In this document: positions 46,101 to 53,536 of the stretch, in pieces
Layout: each line of letters starts with the position of its first letter
Numbering within the stretch: position 1 is the stretch's first letter
From: a virus
Taxonomy: Duplodnaviria; Caudoviricetes
IMG/VR virus record: IMGVR_UViG_3300005812_000001
Coordinates: 1-53,536 of that record
Strand: one strand, 5' to 3'
DNA length: 53,536 bases
Translations under genes and position numbers: made by a program
Notes under the pieces: model-generated
Told to the model about the DNA's origin: nothing
Database searches by the model: none
The model's input: the letters and a program-made list of their open reading frames with translations, nothing else

Positions 46101-49100
46101 CCGCGAGAAGGGTGACACGGGCTGGTTTGAAGTCGGTCCGGCTTCTCCTGAAGTGGGCTTTGTCGTGCCCAGCGACGGGAAAACCTACGAAATCCGCGCC
46201 CGTGGCGTTTCGCTTGCGGGCAATGTTGTGCCTGATGCCCCGATCCAAGAGATCACCACAACCAAGGTGCTGAATGCGGAGCCGGGCGATGAGGACGTGG
46301 ATGATGTGGTGGAGGTGCCCAACGTCCACGGGCTTGAGTTGTTCGAGCAGGGCAATGATGCCGTTTTTGGTGGCCGTGACGCCAAGTTCGTGTGGCGCAA
46401 GACCAGCGTAACGGAATGGCTGGAAATGGGCAGCGAGGGTCAGCTTGGTGCCTCTCGTGGCTCACTGGATCTGTACTTCAAGGACTACCAGGTGGAAGTC
46501 TGGGCGGATGGCTCTCTGGTGCGCACGGAGTGGGTGGTTGATCCCGCTTTCGTCTACACCTACGAGAAGAACGCCGAAGACTATGCCCGAGAGCAGGGCC
46601 AGGCGGGCGCGTGGCGTGCGTTTGAGTGCCGCGTGTACTGCCGGGGCCGCCAGAACCAACTCAGCGCACAGGCCGCGAAATTGCCCGTGGAGAACGTGGC
46701 GCCAGAATTGCCCGATGCAGTCATTGTGTCGGCCGGGTTCCGTTCTTTGCAGATCGATTATGACGCGCCTGATGATCTGGATTACAAAGAAACACGGGTA
46801 TGGCTGAGCCAGACCTCAGGCTTTACGCCGGGGCCTGCGAATCAAGTGGCGCAAGCCTATGGCGGGCCTGTTGTCATTTCTGGCCTGGTGGACAACACGG
46901 AATATTACCTGAGGTTTGCGACCTATGACGCATTCGGACAGGGGGATATGTCCGCTGAGTATGCCGTACTCACACAGCAACTGACCGTCGGGGATCTGCC
47001 AGATCTGGAAACCGACATTGACCAGATTGAGGCGGATGTTTCCCTGTTGACCACGCAGGTGGCCGCTCAAGCCGATGAGCTGGACCAGCACTCTGCGGAT
47101 TTGGCTCAACATTCGACCGAGCTGGCGGACCACGCTTCCGACCTCGCGCAGAATGCGCAAGATATTGCTGGCAACATCACGGCAATCGGGGCCTTGGATA
47201 CTCGGGTAACGGATGCAGAAACCGGCATTTCGTCCAACAGCTCCGCGATCACTGGCCTCGATAGCCGTGCTACGGATAATGAAGGGGACATCAGCGCCAA
47301 CGCCAGCGCGATTACCCAGTTACAGACTGACGTTACCGACGCGGAAAACGGTGTTACCGCCAACAGTTCAGCCATTGATGGTTTGGACACTCGGGTTACC
47401 GCCAATGAAGGCGGAATTACCGCTGTTGCCTCAGACGTCACAGCGCTCCAAACCGGCCTGAGTGATGCCGAGGCGGATATTGGCGCAAATGCTTCGGCAA
47501 TCGATTCCCTGGATACGCGAGTAACGGATGCAGAAGGAGAAGTTTCGGCCAACGCGACGGCGATCACTCAGGTAGAGGCCGACCTTTCCAATACCCAAAC
47601 GGATGTCTCTGGGAATAGTTCGGCTATCGATGCTCTTGATACCCGCGTAACCACCAATGAAGGTGAAATCACAACCGCTTCCAGCGCCATCACCAACCTT
47701 GAGACGGGGCTAACAGATGCAGAGGGGGATATTTCTGCAAATAGCTCTGCTATCGATACTCTGGATACGCGGGTTACCAGTGCTGAAGGTATAGTCAGCA
47801 CACACACGAGCCAGATTACCGATCTGGAAACCGATGTCAGCAGTGCCCAGGGCGAGATCAGCACTAACACATCGGCCATCGATGGTTTGGACACCCGTGT
47901 TACGGATAACGAAGGGGATATTTCTGCACAGGCAGGGCAGGTCACTCAGCTTGAGTCCGATGTTACTGACCTGCAGGGCGAGACAGCGACTAATGCGACG
48001 GCGATTGACGGCCTCTCCACCCGAGTTGATGACAACGAGGACGGTCTAGCTGCGCAGGCCTCGGATATTACTGCTCTATACAGCAGTGTGGCTCGGGCTG
48101 ACACACTGATATTTCGCCAGGCATCAGAGCCAACCACTGCGGATCTTGAGAATAATGACCCTCAGGCGCCAACCCTCAGCCTGAATTTCATTAACCAGGA
48201 GTTTCTGGTCTACGGAATCCCGGACGGGTCGGTATGGTTTCACACGGGCGAAGGTAACAAACCATACGTTTATGAGGGCGGGTCCTGGGTTGATACACAG
48301 GACCAGCTCACGCTCACCAATGCCACGGCAATCCAGACACTCGATACTCGGGTAACCGATACCGAAGATGCCACCACGGCCAACGCAACTGCCATCACGC
48401 AACTGGAAGCAGGCCTCACTGATGCGGAAGCTGGTGTCACCGCAAACTCTGGGGCAATTGATTCGCTGGATACCAGGGTGACCAGTGCAGAGGGCGAAAT
48501 CAGTGCGAACAGCACGGCCATCACTTCTCTGGATACAGACCTAACCGACGCGGAAACAGGCATTAGTGCAAATGCCAGCGCGGTGGATTCCTTGGATACG
48601 CGGGTAACCAGTGCCGAAGGATCGATCAGCGCTCAGGCTACCGATATTTCCACCTTATCCACCACCGTGGATGGCCACACTGCCAGCATCAGCCAGCAAG
48701 CCTCCAGTATTGACGGCATTGAGGCGAAATACGTGCTTCAGGTGGACGGTAACGGGAAGGTAACAGGCATCGAGCTGGCCAGCGGTGCTGGTGGTAGTTC
48801 AATGATCGTGCAGGCCGACACTTTTGCGATTATACCTTCTGGTGGCACTCCTATTTCGGTAACCCCGCTCGAGGGGCTTAACGTAACCCCAGAAAAAATG
48901 GGTTACTTCGACGGGTTAAATTGGACCTCTTACATCGATTCCGCTGGGGGGTTCTATTTTGGCGATGGTGGCGACCAGTATTTTAAGAAAGACGGTGCTG
49001 AGCTATCGATTGGTATTGATACAGTATTCAATGGCCTTGACTCCTTTAACGGCAAGAAACTGTTTATCCACACCTTTTTTTGTCAGTCCTACATCCCGGC

Positions 49101-49800
49101 AGCCAAGCGACCGGCAACCGGTTCTGCTGTAGCGGATTGGACCGCTAGAGGCTTTAAATTGGAGGTGGTATCCGACTCGCCAGGCAACGCGGAGATGTAT
49201 CACCACCTGCCAGAGATCGCGGAACTTGGGAAAGATGTGACCCTGATCAATCGATTCAGGGCTAAGGCGGGCATCGGGCAGAATTCCATTTCAAATGGGA
49301 GCTACAGTCCTGGTGATGTTTTTTCCAGTGTCGCTACGGTCGATTTCTTTGATGGCATCGTTAGCATTAAACGGACCACTGTTTGGGAGTATGACAGCCC
49401 TGATTCCCCCACAGGCGGAAAGCGAAAGCGAACAATTACTCTCGAAGTGAGCGTTATTGTTGACTACTTGGGCACTGTAGAAACACGCACGGTATACAGC
49501 AACGTCGCGGTGTTCCGCTACACGGCAACATTCGACAGCTTCCCTATCCCGGCCCGTTATCTTGTGGATGTCGATATTGCTGGCGATTCTCTTACGGTCA
49601 CCGATAACGATCTGTTTGATGAAACCTTCACTATTGACTACACCGGTAGGGCTTCGGATTTCCTCGCCCCCAGCCTCTACTCCCCTGGTACAGGCATAGA
49701 AGAGTACCCACAGCTGCGAGCTGAGCTGGATTGCGCTGGCACTAACCGCCAGGGCAATGCAGCGATTCTTGTCACTGATTTTGCCTTTGTAGAAATTTAA
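43180..49800 (+). CDS. Large tail tip / host-specificity (J-like) protein
   Basis: 2206 aa; FN3-like segments, long coiled-coil repeats, DUF1983-like KYVLQVDGNGKVTG..ADTFAI. Confidence 0.88.
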   Translation: MRTHNSAFGTLNNGDVREPRFVIEFDFGDGDYHYFTSHEVDGLAGANVTDGVLTRVDSTSQKLDPDKANSKIGSMTVRIADEGLTELQQAKLNDDKGLRGKRVRYYAGFLGIPWSSFALVQTQLIQGASYKELEYTFKCADIQRQMRDDIFVLKETTLSKTLEAGATEIELYSVNGLQLVKQPVSPSGRTLASGKSICLVRLEGENDAFEIAMAEEVDESTNTLKQVTRGVLGTTPLTIEVDPDEKRDNAPKVTEYVYLDMPAPMLAYALLTGSIYGYPGEYLPDHWHMGVGAEFIRTSEYLNIGADLWDLDSFDDGLSALVSGVEKESGKKFIEEQIFRMMGCYAPIYSDGQIGLRRMTLIPSQSGYVRELNEDHVLSPATLTHDMGGMINDILVYWNWNQRKEAYTRVNRLLDSGSIERNGQSETLEIEFRALSAERHTYTTIKNILDSLRDRYAGPPLRLSLDLSPENNVLEVGDIVRVNLGGIKDYSTDQVDVTLNRNFEVQQVKVDWQTGKVTVDLFGSSQRASELPVDQFGSALPLSWYQSEGTEISAANFPGAVVESAGERHITADITLDGHASISDDTAIYWCPEDLTIDGGVTVTLTKNVQLRVAGYFQNNGTLDGRGQGQPGGAGVDEITTDPFYQAQYFKWDTDNKGLPGYLRAESLPQADGLITQASNFENYRWYYRSYTPNPYIQIIDFDLPGSFVDLEPVGGLVVSAARTALEVSDGQLKGLPGYLWGGSGHGGGALSKIRSPQLHPGEGMLYLGPGSDGGNSGAGLAIICRGFAIGENGLIDLSGGDAETPPNYYQANSWSRAYPGTGAPGGPGALYFVMDGETAIPGDLTESNFHAFYGEAEVPGYQGTRGGNGLGFMGATLPGVYSFYEGYSNEIVSPLYSPQPTPLNVWQSAYVVHQLTGTIAVTPDIPEETENPASVTIAELTNTPRSANANLSTIEVAIEPPGVSSYKYAVVEYREKGDTGWFEVGPASPEVGFVVPSDGKTYEIRARGVSLAGNVVPDAPIQEITTTKVLNAEPGDEDVDDVVEVPNVHGLELFEQGNDAVFGGRDAKFVWRKTSVTEWLEMGSEGQLGASRGSLDLYFKDYQVEVWADGSLVRTEWVVDPAFVYTYEKNAEDYAREQGQAGAWRAFECRVYCRGRQNQLSAQAAKLPVENVAPELPDAVIVSAGFRSLQIDYDAPDDLDYKETRVWLSQTSGFTPGPANQVAQAYGGPVVISGLVDNTEYYLRFATYDAFGQGDMSAEYAVLTQQLTVGDLPDLETDIDQIEADVSLLTTQVAAQADELDQHSADLAQHSTELADHASDLAQNAQDIAGNITAIGALDTRVTDAETGISSNSSAITGLDSRATDNEGDISANASAITQLQTDVTDAENGVTANSSAIDGLDTRVTANEGGITAVASDVTALQTGLSDAEADIGANASAIDSLDTRVTDAEGEVSANATAITQVEADLSNTQTDVSGNSSAIDALDTRVTTNEGEITTASSAITNLETGLTDAEGDISANSSAIDTLDTRVTSAEGIVSTHTSQITDLETDVSSAQGEISTNTSAIDGLDTRVTDNEGDISAQAGQVTQLESDVTDLQGETATNATAIDGLSTRVDDNEDGLAAQASDITALYSSVARADTLIFRQASEPTTADLENNDPQAPTLSLNFINQEFLVYGIPDGSVWFHTGEGNKPYVYEGGSWVDTQDQLTLTNATAIQTLDTRVTDTEDATTANATAITQLEAGLTDAEAGVTANSGAIDSLDTRVTSAEGEISANSTAITSLDTDLTDAETGISANASAVDSLDTRVTSAEGSISAQATDISTLSTTVDGHTASISQQASSIDGIEAKYVLQVDGNGKVTGIELASGAGGSSMIVQADTFAIIPSGGTPISVTPLEGLNVTPEKMGYFDGLNWTSYIDSAGGFYFGDGGDQYFKKDGAELSIGIDTVFNGLDSFNGKKLFIHTFFCQSYIPAAKRPATGSAVADWTARGFKLEVVSDSPGNAEMYHHLPEIAELGKDVTLINRFRAKAGIGQNSISNGSYSPGDVFSSVATVDFFDGIVSIKRTTVWEYDSPDSPTGGKRKRTITLEVSVIVDYLGTVETRTVYSNVAVFRYTATFDSFPIPARYLVDVDIAGDSLTVTDNDLFDETFTIDYTGRASDFLAPSLYSPGTGIEEYPQLRAELDCAGTNRQGNAAILVTDFAFVEI
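47150..48700 (+). repeat. Degenerate 21/42-aa coiled-coil repeats in the tail tip
   Basis: Recurring AIDSLDTRVTxAEGxISANxSAITxL units; boundaries approximate. Confidence 0.85.
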
Positions 49801-49881
49801 CCCTCTTGGGTGAATGCTCCACCAAATCCAATGAAAAGATCGTCTATCAGTTCCAAGACAAATGTAATCAGGAGAAATGTA

Positions 49882-50166
49882 ATGGGTATTATCAAAGCAG
49901 TTATCGACAAGCAAACCAACATGGAAGCCAGCTACTGGATTCCAAACAGTGTCCAACAGAAGTTGGTGAGCGAGCAGAGCGTGGTCACCATGCAGGGATT
50001 TAAGGACAAAGACTCTCATGAAGCAGGGTGTAAAGGCTTTGCTGTAATTTCCGTGAATGTGTCTGCAATTGCCGCCGGCAAGAACGCGGAAGAAATCGGG
50101 AAATGGTGCTGCCAGGCACTTGTGAACAACGAAGGGAACCCCTTTACCGGCGGTGAGATCGCGTAG
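49882..50166 (+). CDS. Small tail-associated protein
   Basis: AGGAG RBS; MGIIKAVID..ASYWI. Confidence 0.6.
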   Translation: MGIIKAVIDKQTNMEASYWIPNSVQQKLVSEQSVVTMQGFKDKDSHEAGCKGFAVISVNVSAIAAGKNAEEIGKWCCQALVNNEGNPFTGGEIA

Positions 50167-50226
50167 GTTTTCTGTCCTGCGACCACTCAACATTCCATAG
50201 AAGTCAACAATACAGGGCGGCATAGC

Positions 50227-50850
50227 ATGCAATACAAAGCAGGCACTGCCACGGTGGTGAGCGGCAGCGAGGCTGTCTCTGGAACAGAGACGCAGTGGCT
50301 TTCGAACGTTCAGCCGGGTGACAGTTTCGTTATGGCGGGCGTGGGTCTGGTCTATGACGTGGCCAGCGTGGACAGTGACACCCAGCTGACCCTGACCGCG
50401 CCATACGGCGGCACTGGCAAGACAGGTGCCTATGCTGTTCAGCGTGACTTCACCTCCGATGGCATCCCAGAAATGGCTCAGGGTGACATTGAGACGGCGG
50501 CGATCTTCACCCGAGCAATGCGGAAGTTGCAGGGGCTGCTGGGCCAGCTTGGCGGCGTTGCCGGAACCGGCGCAACGATCTATCCAAGCATTGCCGCCGG
50601 GAAGGCTGGCACAAGCGACACCGAATACTTCTGGGTGTCCGATAGCGGCACCTTGAAGCTGTACCAGAATCAAACCGGAACGGGCGTAGAGCAGGGCGAA
50701 TACCCAAACAGCACAACCCTACAGGAAGCGGTGGATGCCCTTGCGGGTTATGAAGAAAGGGTGCTGGCGTTAATCCAGTCCCTGCACGGTGATCTTGGCT
50801 CACTCCGCCTTGATTTTATTAACCAATCCTACGTTGTAGAGGGCTCATAA
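50227..50850 (+). CDS. Tail fibre anchor protein
   Basis: YKAGTATV..VSGTETQW..SVDSDTQLTL..PY, a fibre N-terminal module. Confidence 0.7.
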   Translation: MQYKAGTATVVSGSEAVSGTETQWLSNVQPGDSFVMAGVGLVYDVASVDSDTQLTLTAPYGGTGKTGAYAVQRDFTSDGIPEMAQGDIETAAIFTRAMRKLQGLLGQLGGVAGTGATIYPSIAAGKAGTSDTEYFWVSDSGTLKLYQNQTGTGVEQGEYPNSTTLQEAVDALAGYEERVLALIQSLHGDLGSLRLDFINQSYVVEGS

Positions 50851-50851
50851 A

Positions 50852-51967
50852 ATGACCTTAGCAACCCGCAAGTTTGAAGACATAATTACATTCTCCCGCG
50901 CCAGCGCTGCAACCTACTGGGATGCAAATGGAGTGTTGCAGACAGCTGCTGTTGATGAGCCGCGCCTTGATCACGACCCACTAACCGGGACGCCCCTTGG
51001 GATCCTCATTGAGGAGCAGCGAACAAACGAAATATTCGTTTCAGATGGGCAAGCATCTGATTACGCAACAAAAGACAATGTCTCCGATGCCAACGGACCA
51101 GTTCCATGGCTTTCCAATGGCATTCTTTTCGACAACCAAGGTGGCACCGTAGTCTCATTCGCTTACAGAGATTCGTCGAATCACACACCATTCGTACAAG
51201 GTGATGTTGTGGTTATGATCGCTGTAATCAGAATGGCTGACGGGGGGGAGCCGGTTGTCGCGTCTGGATCTGGAGATGGATCAGGAGACTTTGTTCCCTT
51301 AATGAATACAGGCACAGCCGGCCCGACTATAGACCTTAAACCTTTGGGAGATGGGGGATGGATCTTAACTGCCATCGCATCGGTGCCTGGAAGCCCCAGC
51401 AACAGATATGGACTGGTAAAATACGCAGGGAACTCGAATAAAAGCTTCACTGCTCAAGTGATTCAGCTTGAAAAAGGACTCTATCCCACCAGTTATATTC
51501 CAACATCAGGAGGGGCAGCAACTCGATCAAGAGATGTTGCCAGGGCCGAAGGTGCCCAAGACTGGCTTCTAGAATCAGAATTCACAGCGCTTATTAAATG
51601 CAAGCCAGTAATGAAGGGCGCGGCGGGCTCACCTTTTTTGCTTACCGATGGCGGCAATCGACGCATTTTCTACCGGGCTGGCGGCGTTGAGGTGAATGTA
51701 TCTTCATATGATGGCAGTACAATTGTAAGCGGCCCATCAGGTCTTTCTCTAGGAGAGGATAATAAGCTGGGCTTTTCTGTAAGGCCAGACTCACAGGTGG
51801 TTATCGCTATTAACGGAACGAGTGCGACTCGTCTGGCGCCAAACGGTCTTTCCTTCTCTTCCTTCAATGTTCTGGATTTATTCGCCACCGAATCGGGCTG
51901 GATTTCCAGCCTGCAAGTATTCAAGCATGCTATGGATGCAGAAGAACTTGAGGGATTAACATCATGA
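50852..51967 (+). CDS. Spike/fibre adhesin (head-spike-fibre-like, lectin-like)
   Basis: ITFSRASAATY..DEPRLDHDP..GILIEEQRTN..QLEKG..TSYIPT. Confidence 0.75.
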   Translation: MTLATRKFEDIITFSRASAATYWDANGVLQTAAVDEPRLDHDPLTGTPLGILIEEQRTNEIFVSDGQASDYATKDNVSDANGPVPWLSNGILFDNQGGTVVSFAYRDSSNHTPFVQGDVVVMIAVIRMADGGEPVVASGSGDGSGDFVPLMNTGTAGPTIDLKPLGDGGWILTAIASVPGSPSNRYGLVKYAGNSNKSFTAQVIQLEKGLYPTSYIPTSGGAATRSRDVARAEGAQDWLLESEFTALIKCKPVMKGAAGSPFLLTDGGNRRIFYRAGGVEVNVSSYDGSTIVSGPSGLSLGEDNKLGFSVRPDSQVVIAINGTSATRLAPNGLSFSSFNVLDLFATESGWISSLQVFKHAMDAEELEGLTS

Positions 51968-52263
51968 GCGACTTTTATTTGAGGGCTGAAAGTGAAGCTC
52001 AATTTCTTCAGGCGCTTGTGACGGCCGAGCTGACTTACTCTGACGGGAGCCCGACTATCGCTGGCGTCGGCTGGGCCATGGATATTATAGGAGCTATTCA
52101 TGCTCCAACGGGCGAAATAGCTGAAGACGAAGGAGGGCATCAGTACCCCATCATGCAGCCAGTGCCGGGCTATCACGCCAACTACAGGGGCGACGAGCTG
52201 CCGGAGGCCTTGGCACAGTTTGAAATACCGGCCCCTGATAACCCCGTTCGCGTTTGGGCGTGA
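51964..52263 (+). CDS. Fibre-associated small protein
   Basis: DFYLRAESE..GYHANYR..PDNPVRVWA; ATGA overlap. Confidence 0.65.
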   Translation: MSDFYLRAESEAQFLQALVTAELTYSDGSPTIAGVGWAMDIIGAIHAPTGEIAEDEGGHQYPIMQPVPGYHANYRGDELPEALAQFEIPAPDNPVRVWA

Positions 52264-52407
52264 GCCCGCCGCAAATCGCTGACACGTCTGTCGCTGGCTG
52301 AAACGGAGATCTCTTGCCGGCGGCGGGCAGGGTTAATATCTCATGCGTCTACCCTGGCGCCTGTCAGCCATTTCCTCAGTTGCCGAGAGCCATGTATTAA
52401 CCGAGCG

Positions 52408-52710
52408 TCATCTGCCGGAAACTTTCCTCTCAATCTCCGTGCCTGCCGGTGCCCAGATAATGCCCTGGCCAGCTGCCTGGCACAGAATTGCCCAAGCAGT
52501 ATAGGGAATAGGACTTTGCCCGCCTGTCCAACGGCGAACTGTCCGCCCTGACTCAATGCCCAGGAGGCTGGCTGCCTGGCTGCCGCTGAGGCCAGCTTTC
52601 GTCAATATGGCCCGGATCTCATCAGCAGTAGGCTGCTCCCAGCCTTCGGCGAAAGGTCGCAGAGTAGCGGGCCGGATCGGGTTGGCTCCGTAAGTGGCTC
52701 TTTCTTCCAT
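52408..52710 (-). CDS. korC: KorC-like repressor
   Basis: WEQPT.DEIR..AGLSG.QAA.LLG..RTVRRW.G..SPIPY.AWAILC..AG.G.IW resembles IncP-1 KorC. Confidence 0.85.
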   Translation of the reverse strand: MEERATYGANPIRPATLRPFAEGWEQPTADEIRAILTKAGLSGSQAASLLGIESGRTVRRWTGGQSPIPYTAWAILCQAAGQGIIWAPAGTEIERKVSGR

Positions 52711-52738
52711 TTCAATTCTCCCGGTAGGGGTGGGCTGC

Positions 52739-53194
52739 TTAAAGCAGCCCGCGTTCAGCGAATGAGGTGTAACCCTCCGTGCCCACGACCATGTGGTCAA
52801 TTACCCGAACATCTACCAAGGTCAGAGCCTCAATCAGGCGACGGGTAATGGCTTTGTCTGCCTCGCTGGGCTCGACGCTGCCGGACGGATGGTTGTGGCA
52901 GAGGATGGCAGCAGAGGCGTTTTTCGCCAGAGCAGCCTTCACGACTTCGCGGGGGTAGACCGCAGCGGCATCAATGGTACCGCGAAACATAACCTCCAGA
53001 TCGATGACTGAGTGCTTGTTGTTCAGCCACAGCACGGCGAACACTTCATGCTCGAGCATTGCGAAGTTGAGGCGCAGGTACTGAGCAGCAGATGCAGGAG
53101 AGCTGATGTTTTCAGCGGTGTTGATCTTGGATTCCAGAATGGAAATCGCTTGATCGATGATGGCCTGTTCGGCCTGAGAAAGGGTAAAGCTCAT
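52739..53194 (-). CDS. RadC-family JAB-domain protein
   Basis: EHEVF..VYPREVVK..HNHPSG..PS.AD..DHMVV. Confidence 0.93.
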   Translation of the reverse strand: MSFTLSQAEQAIIDQAISILESKINTAENISSPASAAQYLRLNFAMLEHEVFAVLWLNNKHSVIDLEVMFRGTIDAAAVYPREVVKAALAKNASAAILCHNHPSGSVEPSEADKAITRRLIEALTLVDVRVIDHMVVGTEGYTSFAERGLL

Positions 53195-53244
53195 CGGATG
53201 ACTCCGGTTTTTGACCTTGGCGATTTGCCCGGCCTTCGAGTGTT

Positions 53245-53273
53245 AATATAGGGCATTATGCCCTATTTGGCAA
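53245..53273 (-). promoter_or_regulatory. Sigma70 promoter containing a KorC operator
   Basis: TTGCCA-17-TATATT; TAGGGCA-TAA-TGCCCTA palindrome at 53249..53265. Confidence 0.85.
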
Positions 53274-53346
53274 TAAGGAGACGCATTTTTTTGAGGGTGT
53301 AGAGAGTGGAAAAATCCATCTCACAAACGGTTTAGGACGGTAGCAA

Positions 53347-53359
53347 AATCAACAAGTTA
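53347..53359 (+). promoter_or_regulatory. IHF site in the att arm
   Basis: AATCAACAAGTTA matches WATCAANNNNTTR. Confidence 0.65.
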
Positions 53360-53432
53360 TAAAAGAAAAAATAAAAAAGCGTGAGATGCTGGAAATGGCT
53401 TAACTTTTTGATTATATTGCCGTTTCGCCTTT

Positions 53433-53506
53433 GCGGGTGTAGTTCAATGGTAGAACGGCAGCTTCCCAAGCTGCATACGAGAGTTCGATTCTCTTCACCC
53501 GCTCCA
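53433..53506 (+). tRNA. tRNA-Gly(CCC); first 24 nt are the right att core
   Basis: 74-nt cloverleaf, CCC anticodon, encoded CCA. Confidence 0.97.
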
Positions 53507-53516
53507 GACATAAAAA

Positions 53517-53536
53517 AAACCGCCTTTTGGCGGTTT
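53517..53536 (+). terminator. Host terminator after the tRNA (truncated by window end)
   Basis: AAACCGCC-TTTT-GGCGGTTT. Confidence 0.7.

Larger units (their letters stand above)
81..53456. mobile_element. Complete lambdoid siphovirus-like prophage integrated in tRNA-Gly(CCC)
   Basis: Bounded by a 24-bp direct repeat; integrase at one end; integration, immunity, replication, lysis, head and tail modules in lambdoid order. Confidence 0.96.

Noticed and set aside
47150-48700. Periodic repeats as a CRISPR array
   Set aside because: They are degenerate in-frame coiled-coil coding repeats with no identical repeats, spacers or cas genes.
49291-50673. 460-aa minus-strand ORF
   Set aside because: It is antisense to three plausible tail genes and has no recognisable motifs.
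43180-52263. Tail tip or fibre genes as DGR targets
   Set aside because: I found no TR-like sequence by eye; a BLASTN of the TR against the window would confirm.

Overview
The window is one apparently complete ~53.4-kb lambdoid siphovirus-type prophage (81..53456), probably from a gammaproteobacterial host (inferred from the spanins and the RdgC and SutA-like genes). It is integrated at the 5' end of a tRNA-Gly(CCC) gene via a 24-bp direct repeat. Left arm (minus strand): integrase, excisionase, early accessory genes (ASCH, Lar, MmcB-like nuclease, J-domain, RdgC-FtsK-gamma, two orphan DNA methyltransferases), a complete diversity-generating retroelement (DGR) and a YqaJ/RecT recombination pair. 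Centre: CI/Cro switch with palindromic operators, then replication, nin-like genes and Q. Right arm: tRNA-Asn, lysis, packaging, head and tail genes, and a terminal radC-korC module. The DGR is the standout feature. One template repeat (TR, 12419..12508) feeds two variable repeats whose differences from the TR are all at adenines (15 and 12 changes in 90 nt). The targets are not tail fibres but two small stand-alone C-type-lectin (DUF1566-like) proteins without signal peptides, encoded in the early operon. The TR is also translated in frame as the N-terminus of the reverse transcriptase. Other notable signals: a 13-aa motif shared by three virion proteins that may dock one adhesin at several sites, a phage-supplied look-alike of the host tRNA promoter, an IncP-type KorC operator with its repressor, a SutA-like peptide and a minimal kinase. 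All protein family calls come from motif recognition by eye; no database searches were run.
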